DNA from: Armatimonadota bacterium
GTDB taxonomy: Bacteria > Armatimonadota > SYMT01
Direction of reading: 5' to 3'
Length of the DNA stretch: 64,000 nucleotides
Assembly: GCA_041690135.1 (NCBI GenBank)
Contig: JAWLHY010000003.1
Coordinates: forward strand, 896,001 to 960,000
Part shown: in pieces, positions 27,829-36,580 of the stretch
Layout of the letters: every line of letters starts with the position of its first letter
Numbering within the stretch: position 1 is the stretch's first letter
Notes under the pieces: model-generated
Database searches by the model: none
What the model was told of the DNA's origin: nothing
Seen by the model: only the letters and a program-made list of their open reading frames with translations
Translations under genes and position numbers: made by a program

Positions 27829-30441
27829 ATGAGTCTGCAGAACCCTGGAGTTTTTTCATCACGCCGGGCCGGAGCCCTGCTGCTGGGTGTGCTGGGCACC
27901 GCCGGTGCTTGCGGAGCGACCCAGTCCGGCATTGCCCCTTCGGGCATCCCTTCCGGTCCCGCGTCCGCGCAACCCGGCATCGAAAGCCGGGAACGCGAGT
28001 ACAAAGCGACCTACGCGCAACTGCCCATGCGGTTCGAGCAGAACGCGGGGCAGACGGATGCGCGGGTCCGCTACATGGCTCGGGGCGCGGGCTATAGCCT
28101 CTATCTCACCGGGAACGAGGCCGTGCTCTCCCTGAAGAAGACCGGAGACGAGAACGGTAAGACGGCCGCGGAGGCGATCGTCCGCATGGGACTGGTCGGG
28201 TCGAATCCGGCGCCCAGGGTTACGGCGCTGGAGCGCCAGGCCGGCCGGAGCAACTACTTCCGGGGCAACGACCGCAGCCGGTGGCGCCGGGATGTGCCGA
28301 ACTACGGGAAGGTGCAGTACGAGGAAGTCTACCCCGGCGTTGACCTCGTCTTCTACGGCAGGCAGCGGGAGTTGGAGTACGACTTCGTGGTCGCGCCCGG
28401 GGCCGACCCGGACCGTATCCGGATGGAGTTCCGGGACCACCTCGCCCGCCATCGCCGTCCTTCCATCAATGACCGCGGGGAACTGATCCTTTCCACCAGC
28501 GGGGGCGAGGTCGTTCAGAAGAAGCCGTTCGCCTATCAGGTGGTGCAAGGGAAGCAGCGGCAGGTCGCGTGCGACTACACCCTGGCGGAGAACGGGCAGG
28601 TCGGCTTCCGGCTGGCGGCTCACGATCCGAAGTTGCCGGTGGTGATCGACCCGATCCTGACGTACGCCAGCTACCTCGGCGGTGTGGATGAGGACGAAGG
28701 CCTCGCCGTGTGCGCCGATGCGTTCGGCAACCTCTACGTAACCGGCCGCACCGACTCTCCGAACTTCCCCCTCGCCACCGCCTATCAGGACACGCGGTCC
28801 GGCGTGGATGACGACCTGTTCATCACCAAGTTCAACGCCGCCGGCTGCAGCCACATCTATTCCACCTACCTGGGTGGAGCCACCGCCCAGGGCGGTCTGA
28901 CCCGGGCGGACGACCGGGGCGCCGGGATCGCGGTCGACGCCAGCGGCAACGCGCACGTGGTGGGCGCCACCTCCTGCTCCGACTTCCCGACCACGGTGGG
29001 CGCGCTCCAGCCGGCGGTTACGGGCGGGGGTGGGGACGGCTTCGTCGCCAAGTTCAACGCTGCCGGCAACGACTTCATCTACTGCACCTACCTCGGCGGT
29101 GCGGCAGCGGGCCTGGATGAGGCCAACGGGGTCGCCATCGACTTCAAGGGCCGTGCCTACGTGGTCGGTACCACCAGCTCGCCGAGCTTCCCTACCACGC
29201 CGGGCGCCCTCCAGGAGACCTACGGCGGCGGTACCTCCGACGGGTTCATCACCAAGCTCGACCGGGACGGCGCCTCGGTCGTGTGGTCCACCTTCCTGGG
29301 CGGCGGCGAGACGATCAAAAGCGACGGCGCGGATTATATCAACGACATCGCCCTCGACCCTAACAACGTCCACGACAGCATCGTGTACGTGACGGGCAGC
29401 ACCGAGTCGTATGACTTCCCGTTGGTCCGGCCGTTCCAGATCGAAGTCCGCAAGTTTGAGGCCTTCGTCGCCAAGATCGATGAGGGCGGCGACCGTATCC
29501 TTTACTCCACCGTCCTCGGAGGTCTCCAGAACGACTCCGGAAACGGCATCGCAGTGGATGGCAATGGGAGCGTCTACGTAGCGGGTGCCACCGGTTCGAC
29601 GCAGTTCTCGAACATGCCGGACCCGGTATTCCCCTACGGCGGCGGGGATTCGGATGCCTGGTTCGCCAAGCTCCACCCCAAGGCCACCCATGCTCTCTAC
29701 TTCACCTACTTCGGTGGGAAGGGGACCGACTTCGCCAACGACATCGTGGTGGATGCCAGCGGCAGCGCGCACGTCGTCGGCGGCATGAACTTCCCGAACG
29801 CCGCCACGGTGGTGAACTCCGCCGGGCGCCCCCGAACTCGTGCCGGCGAAGGCGACGGCTTCAACGCGCCCCGTAAGGGAGATTGCTTCGTGCTCCACGT
29901 GGTGCCCACCGTCCCCCGGGTCGCCTCCCGCTTCTTCACCGTCACCACGCTCGGCGGTACCAAAGATGACCAGGGCAACGACATCTGCCTCGATCCGCAT
30001 GGCGACCTCTACCTGGTGGGAACGACCAACTCCATCAACTTCAGCCGCGGCCAGGTGAAGGGCATTGTCCAGGGCGATCTGGCGGGCGAGGAGATCGACG
30101 CCTTCGCCGCCAAGCTGTCCCTCACCCCCTACAGCCGGCTGGGAGTCACCCCCGGTGGCCTCAGCTTCCTCAGCCGGGCGGGGAGTTCGGTCGAGCGGAG
30201 CATCACCATCCGGAACTCCGGAAAGAAGTCGGTCGGTGTGACCATAGAGCCGCCCACCGGGCCGTTCGAAGTGACCTCCGGCGGCGGCCAGTTCGTCCTG
30301 CCCAAGGGTGCGCGTCGCACCGTGAAAGTCCGCTTCGATCCGGCCTCCGTGGGGCTGTTCAACGGGGAGTTGCGGGTGATCAGCACCGCCTCCGGCAAGA
30401 ACGCCTGCCGGACCCTGAAGCTCCGCGGCCGCGCCCGGTAA
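27829..30441 (+). CDS. SBBP beta-propeller repeat surface protein with C-terminal Ig-like domain
   Basis: FEQNAGQ, EVYPGVDL, LEYDFVVAPGADP, IDPILTYASYLGG, repeated 'IAVD..GN.YV.G.T.S.DFP' units. Confidence 0.9.
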   Translation: MSLQNPGVFSSRRAGALLLGVLGTAGACGATQSGIAPSGIPSGPASAQPGIESREREYKATYAQLPMRFEQNAGQTDARVRYMARGAGYSLYLTGNEAVLSLKKTGDENGKTAAEAIVRMGLVGSNPAPRVTALERQAGRSNYFRGNDRSRWRRDVPNYGKVQYEEVYPGVDLVFYGRQRELEYDFVVAPGADPDRIRMEFRDHLARHRRPSINDRGELILSTSGGEVVQKKPFAYQVVQGKQRQVACDYTLAENGQVGFRLAAHDPKLPVVIDPILTYASYLGGVDEDEGLAVCADAFGNLYVTGRTDSPNFPLATAYQDTRSGVDDDLFITKFNAAGCSHIYSTYLGGATAQGGLTRADDRGAGIAVDASGNAHVVGATSCSDFPTTVGALQPAVTGGGGDGFVAKFNAAGNDFIYCTYLGGAAAGLDEANGVAIDFKGRAYVVGTTSSPSFPTTPGALQETYGGGTSDGFITKLDRDGASVVWSTFLGGGETIKSDGADYINDIALDPNNVHDSIVYVTGSTESYDFPLVRPFQIEVRKFEAFVAKIDEGGDRILYSTVLGGLQNDSGNGIAVDGNGSVYVAGATGSTQFSNMPDPVFPYGGGDSDAWFAKLHPKATHALYFTYFGGKGTDFANDIVVDASGSAHVVGGMNFPNAATVVNSAGRPRTRAGEGDGFNAPRKGDCFVLHVVPTVPRVASRFFTVTTLGGTKDDQGNDICLDPHGDLYLVGTTNSINFSRGQVKGIVQGDLAGEEIDAFAAKLSLTPYSRLGVTPGGLSFLSRAGSSVERSITIRNSGKKSVGVTIEPPTGPFEVTSGGGQFVLPKGARRTVKVRFDPASVGLFNGELRVISTASGKNACRTLKLRGRAR

Positions 30442-30469
30442 GCTCCACGTCCCGAGCCCAAACACACAA

Positions 30470-30499
30470 CGGCCCCGGTGGAGCACTCCACCGGGGCCG
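30470..30499. terminator. GC-rich hairpin between convergent transcription units
   Basis: CGGCCCCGGTGGAG-CA-CTCCACCGGGGCCG; T-rich tail on the minus strand. Confidence 0.7.
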
Positions 30500-30686
30500 C
30501 CTTCATCTGGGGGCGGAAACTCCAGCAATTTAGCAGGCCAAACGATCGTCGCTGCGAGGAGGGGTAAAACCCAGCCGACTTCACAGACCCACACCGCCGC
30601 AGTGCCGAAGTACAGGCGCTTTGCCAACGCACCCCGTGACCCGACGTGGCAGGCCCCCTGGTCAGGGATCCTGTCTCGTACCCCAC

Positions 30687-30812
30687 GGCGGTTCGGTTTT
30701 CCCACAGCGCACAGTTCTGCCGCCCCTCCGGGGCTCTCGTATGCCCTCTCCAGGTCCGGGGGTTCACACCCCCGGCTATTTCCTCTTCGCCCCTCCGGGG
30801 CTACGAACCGAC
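30687..30812 (+). repeat. About 126-bp palindromic MITE/REP-like element, copy A
   Basis: GGCGGTTCG...GCCCCTCCGGGGC...CCGGGGGTTCACACCCCCGG...GCCCCTCCGGGGC..CGAACCGAC; homologues at 42988 and 43702. Confidence 0.85.
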
Positions 30813-30981
30813 TCTCATCGACAACTGAGCCGCCCTATCGCGTTCCCGAACTCCTTATCCTTGTCGTAATCGTAATCCTAATCCAACCCGGCCCCCTGGT
30901 CCGGTCACCTGCTCATACCCGGCTCCTGTTGTCGATATCGCAAAGGCAATTCTTGCCAAGCTCTCTTACCCTCTCCGTGGC

Positions 30982-33648
30982 CTACTCCGTGTCTCCGTGA
31001 CTCCGTGGTGAGATCGGGTCGACTCCGGCTGGAGGCTCGGCGTGCAGCACCACATTGAGGATGTCATCCCCATAGTTCTGGAGGCGGGCGGTGCCCATCC
31101 CGTGCACCTGGGATAGGTCCCGCAGGGTTACGGGGCGCGCGCGGGCGATGGCGTAGAGCGTGCGGTCGTGGAGCACGCAGTAGGCCGGCAAGCCGTCCTC
31201 TCGCGCCTTCTCCCGGCGCCACGCCCGGAGGCGCTCGAACAGCGCGCTTTCCTCATCAGAGATCGGCTCGGGGTCCGGGGCGGCAGGGTTCGCCTGGAGG
31301 GCGGGCGCCCGGGGGGAGCGGACCCGCAGCGAGCTACCCCGGCGGCAGTTGTCGCACACGCCGCACTCCTGGAGCGTCTCCGCGCCGAAGTAAGCGCCGA
31401 TCGCCGCCTGGCGACAGCGGGGGGTGTCCAGGTAGCGCGCCAGCTCCGCGAGACGTCGCTCATCCAGGCGCAGCATCTGCTGGACCGCCTCATTCACGGC
31501 CTGCGTCAGGTCCCGGCGGCCCGGCGGTACGGTCAGCCCCATTCCGCGCCCCCCCGTCCGGAAGCGCAGCCAGTTCGCCTCCTGCCATTCCGAAAGCAGC
31601 AGTTCCAGATGTTCCACGGGTACGCCGGCCGCGGCGGCGACCCGCGTGGCCGGAAGCGACACCGGGGTCCGCGAAGTTGCCCAGATGGCGGCAGCGAACT
31701 TCAGAAAGCGGGCCTCTTCGCCTCCCGCTGCGAATGCTTCGTCCCCACGCTCCTGGGGGCCGGATGGCAGACGGGCCAGCCACACGTTTCCCGGCAGGTC
31801 GTAGCCGCGCTCCAGTACCCCCACGCCTTCCAGGAGGCTGATGGCGACCCGCACCCGGAGCTCTTCCAGCGCCTGCTCCCGGCCGCGCCCGACCAGTTCT
31901 TCCATGGGCACGGCCCCGCCCTCGTGGCGAAGGCGGCGAGAGAGCGTCTGGTGGAGGCGCAAGATCTCGGCCGCGTCCAGGCGGTCCTGGTTCGTCAACC
32001 GGGTGAGGCTGCTCTTGTCGTAAGACGTATACAGCAGCACGCAGCGCGCGGGCAGCCCGTCGCGACCGGCTCGCCCTGCCTCCTGATAGTAGGCCTCCAG
32101 GCTCCGCGCGAGGTTGTAGTGGACCACCAGCCGGACATCCGCCTTGTCCACGCCCATGCCGAAGGCGACCGTAGCGGCCATCACCCGGATCTCGCCCAGC
32201 ATGAATCGGCTCTGGACCCGGTCGCGGGTGTTCTTATCCAGGCCTGCGTGGTAACCTTCCGCGGGGATACCTTCGGCGCGCAATTTCTCTGCCAGTTCCT
32301 CCACCAGCTTGCGCCGGTTGGCGTAGATGATGACCGCGCCCTTCTCGGACCGCACTAACCGCAGCAGGTGCTCCCATTTCTCGGGCTCGCTGCTGTGGCG
32401 GTGAACTTCGAACTGGAGGTTGGGGCGGAACGTCCCCAGGTTGTGGATCTGCAGCGGCACGTCCAGTTGTCGCCCGATATCCGCCTGCATCTCCGGCGTG
32501 GCGGTCGCCGTCAGCGCGAGGACCGTCGGCCGCCCCAGGTCGCGCAGCACCTGGCGGATGAAGAAATAGTCCGGACGGAAGTCGTGCCCCCAGAGCGACA
32601 CGCAGTGGGCCTCGTCGATGACGAACAGGGAGACGCCGCGCCGCTCCAGGGCGCGCACGAAGCCGCGCTGCCGCAGCCGCTCCGGGGCGGCATAGATCAG
32701 CGAGACCTGCCCCCGCGCGATCCGCTCCATCCGGCGCTCCGCTTCCCCCGGCTCCAGGGCGCTGTTGATCAGGGTGGCGCGGCGGTAGAGGGCCGGAGGA
32801 AGGCCGTCCACCTGATCCTTCATCAGGGCGATCAGCGGTGAAATGACCACCGTGGCTCCGCCCAGCAGCGCCGCCGGAAGCTGGAAGCAGATCGACTTCC
32901 CCGCTCCCGTCGGCATCAGGCCGAGGACCGACTCTCCACGCATCAGCGGTTGAATCACCTCGAGTTGCCCGCCGCGGAAGTCGTCGTAGCCGAACACCTG
33001 CTTCAGGGCGGCGCGCAGGCCCTCCGCGTCCGTGGGTGGGGGGCCGGAGGGCAGGTCGGACTCGGAGGTCCCCAGCGCCTCCATCACCTCGGCCCGCTCG
33101 GCCTCCAGCAGGCCCCGCAGGCGCGCGGCGATCGGATCCCAATCTTCTCCCAGGCGTCGGAGTGCTTCCAGGCGCACCGCTTCGATCTCCGGGTTCTCCG
33201 AGGGGTCCGCCGGCAGCAGCTTGAGCGCCGTGGCGGGCTCCCCCAGCATCAGGTGCGCGCGAGCCCGGCCCACCAGGTCCGCGGCGGCCCGGAACCTCTC
33301 GTCGGCGCGGTGCGGTTTTTCCAGGGCGAGAAAAACCTCCGCCACCGCCATGTGTCCCCACCGGCCTGCTTCGGGAGTGTTCACCAGCTCTCGAGCGAGG
33401 TCCCGCGCCGCCTCCACCCGTCCCGCCGCCAGCAGGGCGCAGCAGCGGTCGAAGCGGTGCAGCGGACCGGGGTCCTTCTCCGGCAGCAGGTCCAGCACCG
33501 AGGGCGGCGGAGGACCGTTATGGCGCCACCGCAGGAAGAACCGGACGACCTGCCGCCGCAGCCCGTCCGGTAAACTGTCCACCGCCTCCGGGGTCAGCCC
33601 CAGGGTCTCTATGCTCAAACTCGACTCGCTCACTCGCCCAACTATCAT
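30982..33648 (-). CDS. recQ: RecQ family helicase with N-terminal TPR-like extension and C-terminal HRDC
   Basis: MPTGAGKS, DEAHC, WGHDFRPDY, ATVAFGMGVDK, QEAGRAGRDG, CR..CGVCDNC, HRDC 'LRAWRREKA...PAY'. Confidence 0.92.
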   Translation of the reverse strand: MIVGRVSESSLSIETLGLTPEAVDSLPDGLRRQVVRFFLRWRHNGPPPPSVLDLLPEKDPGPLHRFDRCCALLAAGRVEAARDLARELVNTPEAGRWGHMAVAEVFLALEKPHRADERFRAAADLVGRARAHLMLGEPATALKLLPADPSENPEIEAVRLEALRRLGEDWDPIAARLRGLLEAERAEVMEALGTSESDLPSGPPPTDAEGLRAALKQVFGYDDFRGGQLEVIQPLMRGESVLGLMPTGAGKSICFQLPAALLGGATVVISPLIALMKDQVDGLPPALYRRATLINSALEPGEAERRMERIARGQVSLIYAAPERLRQRGFVRALERRGVSLFVIDEAHCVSLWGHDFRPDYFFIRQVLRDLGRPTVLALTATATPEMQADIGRQLDVPLQIHNLGTFRPNLQFEVHRHSSEPEKWEHLLRLVRSEKGAVIIYANRRKLVEELAEKLRAEGIPAEGYHAGLDKNTRDRVQSRFMLGEIRVMAATVAFGMGVDKADVRLVVHYNLARSLEAYYQEAGRAGRDGLPARCVLLYTSYDKSSLTRLTNQDRLDAAEILRLHQTLSRRLRHEGGAVPMEELVGRGREQALEELRVRVAISLLEGVGVLERGYDLPGNVWLARLPSGPQERGDEAFAAGGEEARFLKFAAAIWATSRTPVSLPATRVAAAAGVPVEHLELLLSEWQEANWLRFRTGGRGMGLTVPPGRRDLTQAVNEAVQQMLRLDERRLAELARYLDTPRCRQAAIGAYFGAETLQECGVCDNCRRGSSLRVRSPRAPALQANPAAPDPEPISDEESALFERLRAWRREKAREDGLPAYCVLHDRTLYAIARARPVTLRDLSQVHGMGTARLQNYGDDILNVVLHAEPPAGVDPISPRSHGDTE

Positions 33649-35027
33649 CCACCCGTCGTGGGGAGGGTCTCCAACTCGTGTCGAATCCCCGGGCTCACGG
33701 TCAGCGGATAGTTCTCCGGATCATCCAGTCGCCGGACCGCCGCGGGGAGCGCCTCTCGCTGCGCCTGCGCGCGGGCCCCAATCTCTGCGATAGTCGGCAG
33801 CGGCCGGATCAGGGCTCCATCCCGGAGGACGGGAGTCAGGAGCGGTTCTCCCTCCAGCACCTCGGTTGCCAGGGCCAGGGTATCGCCGATGAAGAACCCC
33901 TCCGCATCCCGGTGGCGGAACACCTGCTTCACGTCCGGGTAGGTTTCTTTCTCCGGGCTGAACTTCCGTACCGGGCGCCGATGCCCGTCTTCATCCACTG
34001 CTACTAGCTTGTACACGCCCCCCAGGGCCGGGGCGTCGCGGGAAGTCATCAGGTCCGTGCCTACCCCAAAGAGGTCGATGGGCGCGCCCGCCGCCGCCAG
34101 TTCAGCGATGCTGGTTTCATTCAGGTCGCCGCTCGCCACGATGACCGCGTCCCGGCAGCCGGCTTCGTCCAGGATCCGGCGCACCTCGCGGCTTAGAGAG
34201 AGCAGGTCGCCGCTGTCCAGCCGCACGCCGCGGAGGTCCGGCCCCAGCGACGCGGCCCGCCGGGCGCCCTCGAGCGTGTCGTAGGTGTCGATGAGCAGGA
34301 TGGCGTGCTGCGGGAAGACCCTCTGGAACGCGCGGAACGCCTCCAGCTCCTTTTCGAACGCCATCGTGAAGCTGTGGGCGGCGGTGCCGTAAACCTTCAG
34401 CCCGAACACCTGCCCCGCCAGCACGTTGGAGGTGCCCACACAACCCGCGAGGCAGGCCGCGCGGGCCCCGTAGAGCGCCGCGTCGAACCCGTGCGCCCGC
34501 CGCGCACCGAACTCAATCACGCCTTTGCCGCCGGTCCCGCCCGCCGCGTCCACCACCCGGGCCGCCTTCGAGGCGATCAGGGTCTGATGGTTCAGCGTGG
34601 CCAGCAGGAACGTCTCCACCATTTGCGCCTCGATCAGCGGCGCCTGGATCCGCAGCAGCGGCTCGTTGGGGAACGCCACCGTGCCCTCCGGCATGGCATC
34701 CAGGTCCCCCCGGAAGCGGAAGGCGCGCAGGTACTCCCAGAAGCCGTCGCTCACCGCGCCGAACACCGGCAGCGTCCGGAGGTGGTCGATGCTCTCCCCG
34801 CTGAAGCTCAGGCCCTGAAGATACTCCACGGCCTGCTCCAGCCCGGCGACCAGCAGGTAACCCCGGTTGGGCGGCAGCTTCCGGACGAACAACTCGAACG
34901 CGGCCTGCTCCTGGCCCATGCCGTTTTCAAAGTAGGCGGCGGCCATCGTGAGCTGGTAGAGGTCGGTCGCCAGCCCCAGCTTGCCGGCATCGGAGAGGAG
35001 GCCCAGGGTTCCCTTGCGTGCGTCCAT
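33645..35027 (-). CDS. pncB: Nicotinate phosphoribosyltransferase
   Basis: TDLYQLTM, EFGARRAH, GTAAHS, LIDTYD, VRLDSGD, ASGDLNE, GVGT, VYKLV. Confidence 0.96.
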   Translation of the reverse strand: MDARKGTLGLLSDAGKLGLATDLYQLTMAAAYFENGMGQEQAAFELFVRKLPPNRGYLLVAGLEQAVEYLQGLSFSGESIDHLRTLPVFGAVSDGFWEYLRAFRFRGDLDAMPEGTVAFPNEPLLRIQAPLIEAQMVETFLLATLNHQTLIASKAARVVDAAGGTGGKGVIEFGARRAHGFDAALYGARAACLAGCVGTSNVLAGQVFGLKVYGTAAHSFTMAFEKELEAFRAFQRVFPQHAILLIDTYDTLEGARRAASLGPDLRGVRLDSGDLLSLSREVRRILDEAGCRDAVIVASGDLNETSIAELAAAGAPIDLFGVGTDLMTSRDAPALGGVYKLVAVDEDGHRRPVRKFSPEKETYPDVKQVFRHRDAEGFFIGDTLALATEVLEGEPLLTPVLRDGALIRPLPTIAEIGARAQAQREALPAAVRRLDDPENYPLTVSPGIRHELETLPTTGG

Positions 35028-35170
35028 GGCAGTGCCCGTTCCCTTGCAGCAACAGAGACGCCCCCCGCGCGGCTCCCCTCGCATCCGCAATGGACCGGGA
35101 AAGGCCGCGCCGGGGGGCGTCGAAACCAAGATAAGGCCGGAGACAGGTCGGGGACTTCAGCCCCGAGGGC

Positions 35171-35422
35171 TTACGCCCAGTTGAATCGCTCCGAGAGAAT
35201 GTAGAGAATCGCGCTAAGCACCATGAAGGTGAACGCCACGTAGCGCGTCCATTCGGAGAGCTTCTCGTCCATGCCGGCTCGGCCGCGGAGGGAGGGTCCC
35301 GAGGAGCCGCCCACCACCCCCAGACCTTCATGCTTGGAGGTTTGCATCACCACCAGACCGATCAGGACCAGGCTGACGAGGAAGTGGATGAAATAGAAGA
35401 GATACTTGACGACGTCGGGCAT
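35171..35422 (-). CDS. secG: Preprotein translocase subunit SecG
   Basis: 83 aa, two TM, 'LIGLVVMQTSKHEGLG...RAGMDEKLSEWT'. Confidence 0.88.
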   Translation of the reverse strand: MPDVVKYLFYFIHFLVSLVLIGLVVMQTSKHEGLGVVGGSSGPSLRGRAGMDEKLSEWTRYVAFTFMVLSAILYILSERFNWA

Positions 35423-35464
35423 GGGAACTCAGGTGCCTTTCGCGCGGGTTGGGGTACTGTGCGG

Positions 35465-35493
35465 AGTGTAGCAGATGGGTGGGGGCGTGTCAA
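35465..35493 (-). promoter_or_regulatory. Sigma70-type promoter of secG
   Basis: TTGACA-N17-TACACT with extended -10 TG. Confidence 0.75.
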
Positions 35494-35529
35494 CGGTGCG
35501 GGCCGCGGGAGACGTCTCCGGGCTGGGAG

Positions 35530-36405
35530 CTACTCCCCGATGGAGCGTTCCCGCAACTCGATCTGGTAGCAAAGGCTCTTGACCGCCAGCATCAGCGATT
35601 CGACCAGCTCCGAGTCTTCCCGGTAGTCCACCGGCGCCAGGTTCGACACGCGTTGTCCCTTCCCCACGTCGGACTGCGGACCCCACTTCTCCCGCGTACT
35701 CTGCTTGTACAGGCCAATGGAGATGCCCTTCTCCTGATGCAGGAGCGAAAAGCAGGGGACATCGGTGAGACCATCTCCCACGTAGATGAGCTGGTTCAAC
35801 GGCACGTGCAGCTTCTCCTGGGGCACCTCGTGGTTCACGGAGAACGGTTTGCCCACGCCCTCGCGGTGCGGGAGACCCCGCGATACCTGGTAGAGGTAGC
35901 GCGTCTTTTCCGTGTGGGAGATGATGCGTTTGACGAAGCGCACCGCTCCGCTCTCATCGTAATCGAACTCGCAGGCCCAGACGTGCTGGAACTCGGCGGC
36001 GATCGGCGTATTCCGAATGATCTCTCCGATCCCACAGCTCACCAGGTAGAACTCCACCTCCACGTCGGGGTTTGTTTCGTGGACCGTCCACCGCACCCGG
36101 TCGAAAAGTTCCGGGACTCCGGTGAAGAGGGCGTACTCGCGCCCACTCGCCGCCAGACGCTCGCGGGTCACCCGATCATCTTCCGGCCGGCTGCGAGACT
36201 CTTCAATGAGGGTGCAAAACGCGGCCGGGATGGGATCCCAGCCTTCCGCGATCCGGGGGTGGACGCGCTGGGACCAGAAGCTCTCCGGATCGATCCCCAG
36301 ACTTTCCACGAAACAGCTCATCGTGTCCGGTCCGAGGGTACCGTCGAAATCGAAGACGATCGCAATCCGGCGGAAGAGGGGGCGGGTGTTGCGCTGCCGG
36401 TTCAT
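35530..36405 (-). CDS. HAD family hydrolase
   Basis: FDFDGTL, VSCG, K, YVGDGLTDVPCF. Confidence 0.85.
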   Translation of the reverse strand: MNRQRNTRPLFRRIAIVFDFDGTLGPDTMSCFVESLGIDPESFWSQRVHPRIAEGWDPIPAAFCTLIEESRSRPEDDRVTRERLAASGREYALFTGVPELFDRVRWTVHETNPDVEVEFYLVSCGIGEIIRNTPIAAEFQHVWACEFDYDESGAVRFVKRIISHTEKTRYLYQVSRGLPHREGVGKPFSVNHEVPQEKLHVPLNQLIYVGDGLTDVPCFSLLHQEKGISIGLYKQSTREKWGPQSDVGKGQRVSNLAPVDYREDSELVESLMLAVKSLCYQIELRERSIGE

Positions 36406-36460
36406 CCCAGAAGATCTCCTTAACGGCCTCCTCTTACCCAACTCCAGGCCGCTGCGATCC

Positions 36461-36529
36461 GCGAATGAGACGAATGGACGCGAATGCTGGGGAATCCGGC
36501 TCCCGCCATTGCGAATGAGACGAATGGAC
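36461..36529. repeat. 19-bp direct repeat GCGAATGAGACGAATGGAC x2
   Basis: Copies at 36461 and 36511. Confidence 0.85.
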
Positions 36530-36580
36530 CGAGATTGGGAGCCTTTGGCCTCAGATTTTACCGTGGAGGACGGATCGTCC

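Noticed and set aside
27859-30705. 948-aa minus-strand ORF; also 12523-14778, 19077-20996, 52703-54034 and similar long ORFs
   Set aside because: Antisense shadows of well-supported genes, expected in high-GC DNA; no motifs
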